In this document: positions 1 to 8,053 of the stretch, one piece after another
Layout: every line of letters begins with the position of its first letter
Numbering within the stretch: position 1 is the stretch's first letter
Assembly: GCA_021840255.1 (NCBI GenBank)
Contig: JAKBYX010000012.1
Span: forward strand, 1,742-65,741
From: Nitrospirota bacterium
GTDB lineage: Bacteria > Nitrospirota > Thermodesulfovibrionia > Thermodesulfovibrionales > JdFR-88
Direction of reading: 5' to 3'
DNA length: 64,000 bases
Program-made: the position numbers and the translations under genes
The notes under the pieces: generated by a model
The model's database searches: none
The model's input: the letters and a program-made list of their open reading frames with translations, nothing else
What the model was told of the DNA's origin: nothing

Positions 1-562
1 AAGCTTGTCAACGGCCAAAACCCCGAAGGAAAACCGCGCCAACCAAGGCGTCACAGGAACGCAGGCTTGAGGGAAAACGCAGGCGCAGTGCGGCTATACG
101 CTTGCGCATTCCTCCTGACAGTGAATAAACTTACCCTTGCAGTTGCATGATTCAGGTTCCCGCAAACCATGCAGGCTCACCAGACGCCCAGTCTCCGCTT
201 CTTCAAAATCCTCCGCTGCGAACCGTCCCCATTCATTGACAAACTTGGCGACCAGGCAGTTATATTGTTTTCGGTGTTGCCAGGAAATATTTCACATAAA
301 CTGTTTAGTGGACTATGTCATGGCGCTCGGATTATTATGAGGCCGGCAATAGGCTTCTCAAAGCTGAAGCCCGAAAGGAGTTTTTTAATTTGAATGGAAA
401 GCGAATATCCGAAGGTCAAGGGACCGGATTACAAAATATGCCGGCTTTTTCGTTGAACAATTGAACAGTCGGGCCAAAAAAACTATTTAAAATCGGGAAG
501 TTTGAATTTTAAGCTTGAACAGAAAAACACAAAAAACAAAAGTTGTGGGAAAATAAAAAACC

Positions 563-1303
563 TTGAAAAAGAAAAAAAGACTGGACATGCTTGTTCTGGA
601 GCGCGGGCTTGCGGAGACCAGGCAAAAGGCGGCCGCGCTTATTCTAAGCGGCATGGTCTATGTTGACGGCGTTCCCGCCACCAAGGCCGGGGAGGCGGTC
701 GATGAGGCGGCGTCGATAGAGGTCCGCGGCGGCCTGCAATATGCAAGCAGGGGAGCGCTTAAGCTGGAGGGCGCGGTAAAAGCCTTTGACGTGAGCTTCC
801 AGGGGAAGACCGTTATGGATGTGGGGGTCTCAACCGGGGGCTTTACGGACTACATGCTGCGGATGGGCGCAAGCAGGGTTTACGCGGTGGATGTGGGCTA
901 CGGGCAGCTCTATTACAAGCTGCGGGAAGACAACAGGGTTTTACTTTTTGAAAAAACCAATATAAGACACATGGACAGGAGCGCCATCCCGGAGGAGATA
1001 GACCTTGCAACGATAGATGTGTCTTTCATCTCGCTTAAGCTGGTGCTGCCCAGGGTGGTGGAGTTTTTAAAAAAGGGCGGCGAGATACTTGCGCTTGTAA
1101 AACCGCAGTTCGAGGTTGGCAAGGGTGAGGTGGAGAAAGGCGGGGTGGTGAGGGATGAGGCCAAAAGAAAAGCGGCCGTGCGATCCGTGATAACGGCTGC
1201 CGGGGCACTGGGGCTTTCCGTCATGGGACAGTATGAATGCGCTGTCCGCGGGCAGAAAAAAGGGAACATAGAATATTTTGTATATATGCGGAAGGTCTCA
1301 TAA
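563..1303 (+). CDS. tlyA: TlyA-family rRNA 2'-O-methyltransferase (S4-like + FtsJ-like SAM domain)
   Basis: 246-aa ORF with a TTG start at 563. It has an RLDxLVLERGL S4-type N-terminus, the SAM motif DVGVSTGGFTD and an LVKPQFE block typical of TlyA. Confidence 0.85.
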   Translation: MKKKKRLDMLVLERGLAETRQKAAALILSGMVYVDGVPATKAGEAVDEAASIEVRGGLQYASRGALKLEGAVKAFDVSFQGKTVMDVGVSTGGFTDYMLRMGASRVYAVDVGYGQLYYKLREDNRVLLFEKTNIRHMDRSAIPEEIDLATIDVSFISLKLVLPRVVEFLKKGGEILALVKPQFEVGKGEVEKGGVVRDEAKRKAAVRSVITAAGALGLSVMGQYECAVRGQKKGNIEYFVYMRKVS

Positions 1304-1305
1304 GA

Positions 1306-1998
1306 ATGGCTGAACAGGAAAATCCGGCATTTGACATCGAAAGGCTTTCGTCCGACGCCATGGAGGTGCTCCTTGACGAAGCCGAAGACGGGGAAATGTT
1401 CGAGGAGGCATTGCGCCTGAACGGAGACAACCCGGGGATATTAAAGCTCCTTTGCATCCACCCTGCCACTCCCCCCGCTGTAAGGGCCGAGGCCGCGCGG
1501 GCCCTTGGCATGTCCCCGGAAAAGGCCGCGCATTTGCCTGGAACAAAAAAATCTGATCAGGCGGAAGATGCCAAGCGGGAAAGCCTGGCCAAAAAGATCC
1601 GGGGCCTCAGCGCCGGTGAGAAGTTGCGGATATCGATGAAGGCGGGCAGGGAGGCTCGCACCGTGCTGCTTAAAGACTCAAACAAACAGGTGGTCCTGGG
1701 AGTCATCGCGAACCCGAAAATTACTATCTCCGAAGTGGAACTGGTGGCCCGTACGCGGTCCATGCCCGAGGAGGTCCTCAGGGAGATAGCAAAGAACAAG
1801 GAATGGGTAAAAAACTATTCGGTCATCTATGGTCTGGCGTCAAACGCGAAGACCCCTCCGGCTGTTACAGTGGGTTTTCTCCCGTGGATAAAATCAAAGG
1901 ATCTGCACCTTCTCCTCAAAAATAAGGACGTGCCGGATGCGGTGCGCACCGCGGCAAGACGGTTTGCTGAAATGAGGGCGAAAAAACAACAGTCCTGA
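1306..1998 (+). CDS. conserved hypothetical protein with helical repeats in the C-terminal half
   Basis: The ATG at 1306 lies 2 nt after the tlyA stop; the track ORF from 1237 would overlap tlyA. 230 aa with an acidic N-terminus and repeated short helices (VLGVIANPKITISEVE, VLREIAKNKEW, LASNAKTPPAV, LLKNKDVPDAV). No catalytic motif recognised. Confidence 0.6.
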   Translation: MAEQENPAFDIERLSSDAMEVLLDEAEDGEMFEEALRLNGDNPGILKLLCIHPATPPAVRAEAARALGMSPEKAAHLPGTKKSDQAEDAKRESLAKKIRGLSAGEKLRISMKAGREARTVLLKDSNKQVVLGVIANPKITISEVELVARTRSMPEEVLREIAKNKEWVKNYSVIYGLASNAKTPPAVTVGFLPWIKSKDLHLLLKNKDVPDAVRTAARRFAEMRAKKQQS

Positions 1999-2027
1999 TT
2001 GTGAAAACCCCTGAATTCTAAATATAA

Positions 2028-2056
2028 TTGACTTTCAAGGGGTCGTCTGATATGTT
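2028..2056 (+). promoter_or_regulatory. candidate sigma70-type promoter upstream of shc
   Basis: TTGACT (2028-2033), 17 nt spacer, TATGTT (2051-2056), about 36 nt upstream of the shc ATG. Confidence 0.35.
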
Positions 2057-2091
2057 ATGGCTAAGCCAGAAACGGCCACTTTCGTAAAAAA

Positions 2092-4083
2092 ATGAAAATA
2101 AAAAAACGCAGCACTCTTACAGACAATTCTGTACTTTTGCACTCCGGGTTCAAGGGGGAGCTGAAACCATTTCCCAAGGCGCCGGACCTGGCCATGGAAG
2201 TGGAAAGCGCAATAAAAAAGACGCAGTCTTTTTTCCTCGCGGACCAGCACGAAGACGGGTACTGGTGGTATGAGCTGGAAGCGAATGCCACCATCACCGC
2301 CGAATATCTAATGCTGCTGCATTTTTTAGGTTTAGAGGACCGCCGCAGGGACAAAATGATAGCCTCTTACCTCCTGGACAAGCAGAGGACGGACGGCACG
2401 TGGCCTATACATTGGGGCGGTCCGGGAGACCTCAACTGCACCATAGAAGCATATTTCGCCCTGAAGCTTGCCGGGTTGGGCGCCGATGCGCCGCCTCTCC
2501 GGAGGGCGAGGGAATTCATCCTGGCGCATGGAGGGGCAGCGGCTTCGAGGGTTTTTACCAGGATATTTCTGGCGCTGTTCGGACAGGTGGGCTGGCGGGA
2601 CCTGCCTTCGATGCCTGTGGAGATAATGCTTTTGCCCCCCAGGTTCCCCTTCAGCGTTTACAGCTTTTCAAGCTGGGCCCGCTCCACATTTGTGCCGCTT
2701 TCAATAATCCTGGAGATGAGGCCGGTGGTGGAACCGCCGGAGAGCGCCCGCATAGATGAGCTTTTCCTCAGGGGCGGCAAGGGCTACAGCCCCGGAAGGG
2801 ATCGCCTGCTTCACACAGCGATCAAAAAGTTCTTCTGCATGGTCGACAGGACCATGAAAGGCCTGGAGAGGTTCCCGCTCAGACCACTTAAATCAAGGGG
2901 GTTACGGGCTGCCGAAAAGTGGGTGCTCGAACACCAGGAGGAAACAGGAGACTGGGGCGGCATACAGCCTGCCATGGTGAATTCCATCCTGGCGCTTTCC
3001 GCCCTTGGGCACGGCGTGGAAAGCCCGCCTTTGCGGAAGGGGCTGGAGGCATTGAGCCGCTTTGCAATAGAGCAGGATGACGGGCTGGTGCTCCAGTCCT
3101 GCATCTCCCCGGTGTGGGACACCGCTCTTACGTCGATAGCGCTTGCCACATCAGGGGTCCCCAGGGAGCATCCGGCCCTGGTAAAGGGCTGCCAATGGCT
3201 GGAATCAAAGCAGATAGACAGGAAAGGCGACTGGAGCATAAAAAAGCCGGACCTTGAACCGGGCGGCTGGGCGTTCGAGTTTGAGAACAGCTGGTATCCC
3301 GACGTTGATGATACGGCGGTGGTCCTTATGTTCCTTGGCAACTATGCGCACAAGGAACATACAAAAAAGAAGATAGAAAAGGGCGTAGGATGGGTGCTCG
3401 GCATGCAGGGCAGCGACGGCGGCTGGGGGGCCTTCGATGCCGATAATGATCTTGAGGTCCTGAACCAGATACCTTTTGGCGACCTGGAGGCCATGACAGA
3501 CCCTTCCACCGCGGACGTTACGGGGAGGGTTCTGGAGATGCTTGGCATCAACGGGTTCAGCATCTCGGACCAAAGGGTGCAGCGGGCCATTGAGTTCATC
3601 CGCAAGACCCAGGAAGAGGACGGCTCGTTCTGGGGCAGGTGGGGCGTCAATTATATTTACGGCACATGGTCTGTCATCATGGGCCTTGCCTCCATCGGGG
3701 AAGACCTTTCAAAACCGTACGTGCGCAAGGCCGTCAGATGGCTGAAAAATTTCCAGAACCTGGATGGCGGATGGGGAGAGCGCTGCGAGTCCTACGGGGA
3801 TTGCAGGCTGAAAGGGCACGGCGCAAGCACACCCTCCCAAACGGCATGGGCCATACTGGCCCTGGTGGCGGCCGGCGAGGCCGGGTCCGTGGAAGCCGAA
3901 AGGGGCGTACGCTATCTTCTTGAAACGCAGAACGCGGACGGCACCTGGGACGAAGAAGAGTTCACGGGCACGGGTTTCCCCAAATATTTCATGATACGTT
4001 ATCATAATTACAGGAACTGCTTTCCGCTCATGGCCCTTGGCAGGTTTTTTGAGGCTAAAAAGAACAGGGCAAAAAAGGTATAG
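2092..4083 (+). CDS. shc: squalene-hopene cyclase
   Basis: 663 aa. Catalytic DxDDTA motif (WYPDVDDTAVV), several QW-type repeats (QGSDGGWGAF, QNLDGGWGE, QNADGTWDEEEF) and the N-terminal block DGYWWYELEANATITAEY. An alternative start at Met-35 (2194) is possible. Confidence 0.95.
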   Translation: MKIKKRSTLTDNSVLLHSGFKGELKPFPKAPDLAMEVESAIKKTQSFFLADQHEDGYWWYELEANATITAEYLMLLHFLGLEDRRRDKMIASYLLDKQRTDGTWPIHWGGPGDLNCTIEAYFALKLAGLGADAPPLRRAREFILAHGGAAASRVFTRIFLALFGQVGWRDLPSMPVEIMLLPPRFPFSVYSFSSWARSTFVPLSIILEMRPVVEPPESARIDELFLRGGKGYSPGRDRLLHTAIKKFFCMVDRTMKGLERFPLRPLKSRGLRAAEKWVLEHQEETGDWGGIQPAMVNSILALSALGHGVESPPLRKGLEALSRFAIEQDDGLVLQSCISPVWDTALTSIALATSGVPREHPALVKGCQWLESKQIDRKGDWSIKKPDLEPGGWAFEFENSWYPDVDDTAVVLMFLGNYAHKEHTKKKIEKGVGWVLGMQGSDGGWGAFDADNDLEVLNQIPFGDLEAMTDPSTADVTGRVLEMLGINGFSISDQRVQRAIEFIRKTQEEDGSFWGRWGVNYIYGTWSVIMGLASIGEDLSKPYVRKAVRWLKNFQNLDGGWGERCESYGDCRLKGHGASTPSQTAWAILALVAAGEAGSVEAERGVRYLLETQNADGTWDEEEFTGTGFPKYFMIRYHNYRNCFPLMALGRFFEAKKNRAKKV

Positions 4084-4108
4084 ACCGGGGGCCCGTTTTT
4101 CTCTTCGT

Positions 4109-4231
4109 ATGAAAGCGATGGTAATCTTTATTTTGATGAAAGTTTTGGCAATCTCAATATGAAGGCATCGGTAACAGTTTTATTTTTATTATGAAAGTAT
4201 CAATAATTTTATTATGAAAGTATTGGTAACC
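4109..4231 (+). repeat. five degenerate direct copies of the hpnA start (ATGAAAGTATTGGTAACC); the four upstream copies build three ATGA-chained mini-ORFs
   Basis: Units start at 4109, 4136, 4159, 4191 and 4214 (the real start). The upstream units match the real start at 13-15 of 18 nt by hand alignment. Mini-ORFs are 4109..4162 (17 aa), 4159..4194 (11 aa) and 4191..4217 (8 aa). Each stop overlaps the next ATG. Confidence 0.8.
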
Positions 4232-5254
4232 GGGGCCACCGGTTTTGTAGGGTTCCATGTGGCCGTGAAACTTGCAGGCAGGGGCGATGATGTCCGCGCG
4301 CTTGTCCGGGATGAAAAAGCCGCCCCAGAGCTTTCCAGGCTTGGGGTCGAGATGATAAAAGGCGATGTAAGGGATTTTGGTTCCGTTTCAGGGGCCGCGA
4401 GGGGCTGCGAGGAAATCTATCATCTTGCGGCTGACTACAGGCTGTGGGTGCCGGATCCCGCCCAAATGTATGGGACGAACGTGGCCGGCACGGTCAACGT
4501 GATGCGCGCTGCCATGGAGTCCGGGGCCGGAAGGATAGTCTATACCAGCACCGTGGGAGCGCTTGCCCCATCCAAAAAAAACGGGCCGCCCTCAACAGAA
4601 GACACCCCCGTAAGCCTCACGGACATGACCGGCCATTATAAGAGGTCCAAGTTCCTGGCTGAGCGGGAAGTGGAAAAGTTTTTTGCTCAAAAAGGTCTGC
4701 CTGTAGTGATCGTAAACCCGTCCACTCCCATAGGCGCCATGGACAGGAAACCTACCCCGACCGGGGCGATGATCGTTAGCTTCCTTAACGGGAAGGTGCC
4801 GGCATATCTGGACACCGGGCTTAATTTCGTGAACGTTGAGGACGTGGCGGAGGGGCATCTGCTGGCCGCGCGCTACGGTAAGCCCGGCGGAAAATACATC
4901 CTGGGCGGACATAACATGACGCTTAAGGATTTTTACCTGGAGCTCTCCGCGGTTTCGGGTATAAAGGCCCCCTCCGTAAAACTTCCTTACCTGCCCGTGC
5001 TTGCCGCCGCATACGTGAGCGAAGGTTTTTCACGGTTTTTCCTTTTTGGGAAAAAGCCCCCCGCCATACCCCTTACGGGGGTGAAGATGGCCGGGAAATA
5101 CATGTTTTATGATTCCGCCAAGGCGCAAAGAGAGCTCGGGATGCCGGTTACGCCGGTAAGAGAGGCGGTCCGGCAGGCTGCGGAATGGTTTGCCGCGAAT
5201 GGCTACGTGAGCTCAGGAAAGACAAGAAAGATAGGAGCAGCAATTTGCATATGA
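4214..5254 (+). CDS. hpnA: hopanoid-associated sugar epimerase / NAD-dependent SDR (HpnA)
   Basis: 346 aa. Rossmann motif VLVTGATGFVG, plus HLAADYRLWVPDP, GHYKRSKFLAE (YxxxK), VIVNPSTPIG and KPTPTG blocks that match the HpnA family. Sits directly after shc. Confidence 0.9.
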   Translation: MKVLVTGATGFVGFHVAVKLAGRGDDVRALVRDEKAAPELSRLGVEMIKGDVRDFGSVSGAARGCEEIYHLAADYRLWVPDPAQMYGTNVAGTVNVMRAAMESGAGRIVYTSTVGALAPSKKNGPPSTEDTPVSLTDMTGHYKRSKFLAEREVEKFFAQKGLPVVIVNPSTPIGAMDRKPTPTGAMIVSFLNGKVPAYLDTGLNFVNVEDVAEGHLLAARYGKPGGKYILGGHNMTLKDFYLELSAVSGIKAPSVKLPYLPVLAAAYVSEGFSRFFLFGKKPPAIPLTGVKMAGKYMFYDSAKAQRELGMPVTPVREAVRQAAEWFAANGYVSSGKTRKIGAAICI

Positions 5255-6045
5255 AAGACAGAAAGCTCGGAGACGAATGGTCCGGGTGGGACGGCGAACT
5301 GGACCAGCGGGATGTAAAAGTGGACGAGGCCCCGCGGACTTTCATCGTGTTGGCCGTAGTGATGATAATACTGTTTGTGGTCCTGTCCTTTATAGGGCTG
5401 TATATGATCCAGCCCAGGCTTGCACAGTTCAACCCGTCTGCACCGGGATTCGTGGAGACCCTGCTGATAGCTGCCGCTATTGCCTTTACCCTGGCCGGCA
5501 GCGTCTGGTGTTTTGCGCTTGCGAGGTGGAGAAAGCCGATCTTCCCCAGTAAATGGGTGGAGAAGTACGTGCTTTTCCTCCTGCCTAAAACCGTGTGGCT
5601 GGGCTCCAAGCTGGGCATCAGCAGGGACAGGGTGGGCAATTCGTTCATCAAGGCCCATAACAGCCTGATAAGGTCATATGCCGGGAAGTTCAGCCCCGAA
5701 AGGCCGCTTATACTTCTGCCCCGCTGCCTGAAGGCGGAAGTGAGGAAGGAGATACTCTCCATCGCGGGCGAAGGCCTGTTCAAGGTCGTCACCGCAGTGG
5801 GGGGGGAGGAGGCAAGGAGGGCAATAGAGGAATACAGGCCCACCTTCATTCTTGCCGTGGCCTGTGAGAGGGACCTTATGAGCGGCATGAAGGACGTGGC
5901 GGAGAAGGTGCCCGTGCTGGCTATCCCGAACGTGCGGCCGGAAGGGCCCTGCAAGAATACCAGCGTGCAGATGGACGAGTTCAGGGAAGCTGTAATATTC
6001 ATCAAGGAGGAGCTGAGGAAGATCTCAGAAAACAGCGGCCATTAA
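5251..6045 (+). CDS. DUF116-family membrane protein
   Basis: 264 aa from the ATG at 5251, which overlaps the hpnA stop as ATGA (the track ORF begins at 5185). Two or three N-terminal TM helices, then the LILLPRCL ... AVACERDL ... PEGPCKNT pattern characteristic of DUF116. Confidence 0.7.
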   Translation: MKDRKLGDEWSGWDGELDQRDVKVDEAPRTFIVLAVVMIILFVVLSFIGLYMIQPRLAQFNPSAPGFVETLLIAAAIAFTLAGSVWCFALARWRKPIFPSKWVEKYVLFLLPKTVWLGSKLGISRDRVGNSFIKAHNSLIRSYAGKFSPERPLILLPRCLKAEVRKEILSIAGEGLFKVVTAVGGEEARRAIEEYRPTFILAVACERDLMSGMKDVAEKVPVLAIPNVRPEGPCKNTSVQMDEFREAVIFIKEELRKISENSGH

Positions 6046-6049
6046 AATC

Positions 6050-7090
6050 GTGGAAAATAAAAAAAACAAAACAAAAAATAAAACGCGTTTTCAACCAGGG
6101 CTTTACAAGACCCTTACATGGCATTTCATAAAAAACACCCTTACGGGGAAAAAGCGGTTCCCTCTTGTGCTGATGCTTGAGCCGACCCACCGCTGCAACT
6201 TGGCTTGCATGGGATGCGACAGGATAAGAACGGCGGCGGAGGGCGACCTGCCTGTGTCCGCATGCCTGGAGGCCGCAAGGGAATGCGGGGCCCCGGTGGT
6301 CGCGATAACCGGCGGCGAGCCCATGATCTATAAGTACTTGCAGCCGCTTGTTAAAGGCCTGCTCAGTGAAGGCAAGTACATATACCTCTGCACAAACGGG
6401 GTGCTCGCGCAGGAATTCATAGAAAGTTTCACCCCACACCCCGCGCTTACCCTCAATTTCCATCTGGACGGACTGGACACCACGCATGACAAGATCACAG
6501 GTCTGCCCGGTTCCTTCAACAAGGCGGTGGAGTCCATACGGAAGGCAAAGGCAAAGGGGTTCAGGGTGAGCACGAATACCACCGTTTATAAGGCGTCCGA
6601 CCCCGGAGAGCTTGAGGGTCTTTTTGATCTCCTTTATTCTTCCAGTGTGGACGGGATGCTCATTTCCCCGGCCTTCGCCTATCAGAGTGTTGAGGACAAC
6701 ATATTTTTCAACCGTGGGGAGATAAACGAGAAATTCACCCGGATGTCGGGTTTCCTTAAAAAGTACCCGCTCATAAACACCCCCACATACATGGATTTCC
6801 TGTGCGGCAGGAGGCAGATGCGCTGCACCCCATGGGGCAATCCCACTTATAATCCGCTTGGGTGGAAGTCGCCGTGCTACCTGGTTACGGACAGTTATTT
6901 CCCCTCCTATGCCCGCATGATGAAGGAGACCAATTGGAGCCTCTATGAGGATGGGAAAGACCCCCGCTGCGCAAACTGCATGGTGCACGGGGGGTACGAG
7001 ACCACGGTCATGAGGATGGCCTTCACCAACCCGCTTGAAGGGCTGAGGCTGGCCTTCTGGAATTTCGGCTCCAACAACAAAAAACGCTGA
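6050..7090 (+). CDS. hpnH: adenosyl-hopene transferase, radical SAM (HpnH)
   Basis: 346 aa with a GTG start 4 nt after the DUF116 stop. Has the LMLEPTHRCNLACMGC CX3CX2C radical-SAM cluster motif and the ITGGEP block. Hopanoid gene context. Confidence 0.9.
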   Translation: MENKKNKTKNKTRFQPGLYKTLTWHFIKNTLTGKKRFPLVLMLEPTHRCNLACMGCDRIRTAAEGDLPVSACLEAARECGAPVVAITGGEPMIYKYLQPLVKGLLSEGKYIYLCTNGVLAQEFIESFTPHPALTLNFHLDGLDTTHDKITGLPGSFNKAVESIRKAKAKGFRVSTNTTVYKASDPGELEGLFDLLYSSSVDGMLISPAFAYQSVEDNIFFNRGEINEKFTRMSGFLKKYPLINTPTYMDFLCGRRQMRCTPWGNPTYNPLGWKSPCYLVTDSYFPSYARMMKETNWSLYEDGKDPRCANCMVHGGYETTVMRMAFTNPLEGLRLAFWNFGSNNKKR

Positions 7091-7099
7091 GAGCGCGTT

Positions 7100-8053
7100 T
7101 TGCCCGTGGGCCACTTCATTCACCTGCTTTTAGGCACCATCGCCTTAAGGCCCTATGTTTTCCTTTTCTTCCTGGCTTATCTTTTCGGCTGTTCGGCGCA
7201 GTTCGGTTATAAAAGGGCCCTGCTTTTTTCGGTCGCGGGGTATCTGATAGCGTGGGGCTCCGAGGTTTCCTCCATACACAACGGGTTTCCCTACGGTGCC
7301 TATTACTATATACAAAATACAGCCGGACGGGAGCTTTGGGTAAAAGGGGTTCCTCTCATGGATTCGGCAAGCTACGTCTTTCTGGCTTATGCCAGTTATT
7401 CGACCGCCCTCCTTGCGGTCTCGCCCCTTTTGCGCCGGCCGTCCAGCCGCCGTTTTTTTAAGTTTCCCTTTTTTGGGGATACATTTTTATTGGATACATG
7501 GGAAACAAGGGCGCTGGTTTCAACAAGGGTCCTTGCCGCGCTTCTTTTTGTCTGCCTGGATATCGTGATAGACCCGGTGGCGCTCCGCGGCGACAGGTGG
7601 TTTCTGGGTAAGATATACGGCTACAGAAGCGAGGGGGACTATTTTGGCATTCCGCTTTCGAATTTCATTGGATGGGCCATAGTGGGCTACCTGATGGTCT
7701 GGGCCTTTCAGTGGATAGACCGCCTGCTTGTGCGGTCTTTTCCTTTTGCTTTTGGCCGTGATCATTACGGGCGGGGGCTCCCGTGGAGGTTTGCTGTGGG
7801 CCCTGCGTTGTATGCCTCCGTGGTCCTTTTCAATATGTCAGTTACGTTTTACATAGGGGAAAGCAATATCGGCCTGGCGGACGCATTCATCATGCTCCCG
7901 CTTGCCGTGCTTTTTTTACTGATAACAAGGCTGCAGATCAGAAACTCGGATGAAACAGCCATCACACGGCACCTGGAGGATTTCCCGGATTCTTTCTCGC
8001 TCAAGGAAGGTGGGGGGAAAAAACTTCTCACAAAGACATTAAAAATTCCTTAA
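7100..8053 (+). CDS. DUF422 / 'carotenoid biosynthesis protein' family membrane protein (CruF-like)
   Basis: 317 aa with a TTG start. Polytopic membrane protein with the blocks GYLIAWGSEVSSIHNGFPYGAYYY, GVPLMDSASY and IDPVALRGDRWFLG...YFGIPLSNFIGW, which I recognise from the PF04240-type family. Confidence 0.7.
   Translation: MPVGHFIHLLLGTIALRPYVFLFFLAYLFGCSAQFGYKRALLFSVAGYLIAWGSEVSSIHNGFPYGAYYYIQNTAGRELWVKGVPLMDSASYVFLAYASYSTALLAVSPLLRRPSSRRFFKFPFFGDTFLLDTWETRALVSTRVLAALLFVCLDIVIDPVALRGDRWFLGKIYGYRSEGDYFGIPLSNFIGWAIVGYLMVWAFQWIDRLLVRSFPFAFGRDHYGRGLPWRFAVGPALYASVVLFNMSVTFYIGESNIGLADAFIMLPLAVLFLLITRLQIRNSDETAITRHLEDFPDSFSLKEGGGKKLLTKTLKIP

Noticed and set aside
1-6. The window begins exactly with AAGCTT (a HindIII site), which could indicate a clone-insert or contig end.
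   Set aside because: A single hexamer at the edge carries no biological information and could be coincidence, so no inference was drawn.
137-393. Track ORFs 137..340 and 169..393 as possible small genes.
   Set aside because: They overlap each other in different frames and have no Shine-Dalgarno sequence and no recognisable motif. Their composition is Ser/Arg/Cys-rich, unlike the real genes here.
6002-7123. A 373-aa minus-strand ORF, together with other long antisense ORFs at 5148..6005, 22618..23706, 27068..28102, 46790..47734, 47975..48955, 48873..49682, 50851..51738 and 52600..53700.
   Set aside because: Each lies wholly antisense to a gene with unmistakable family motifs (DUF116/hpnH, nuoCD, nuoG, kdpA, kdpB, kdpD/E). 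Their translations are Arg/Pro/Gly/His-rich low-complexity strings with no motifs, as is typical of shadow ORFs in GC-rich DNA.
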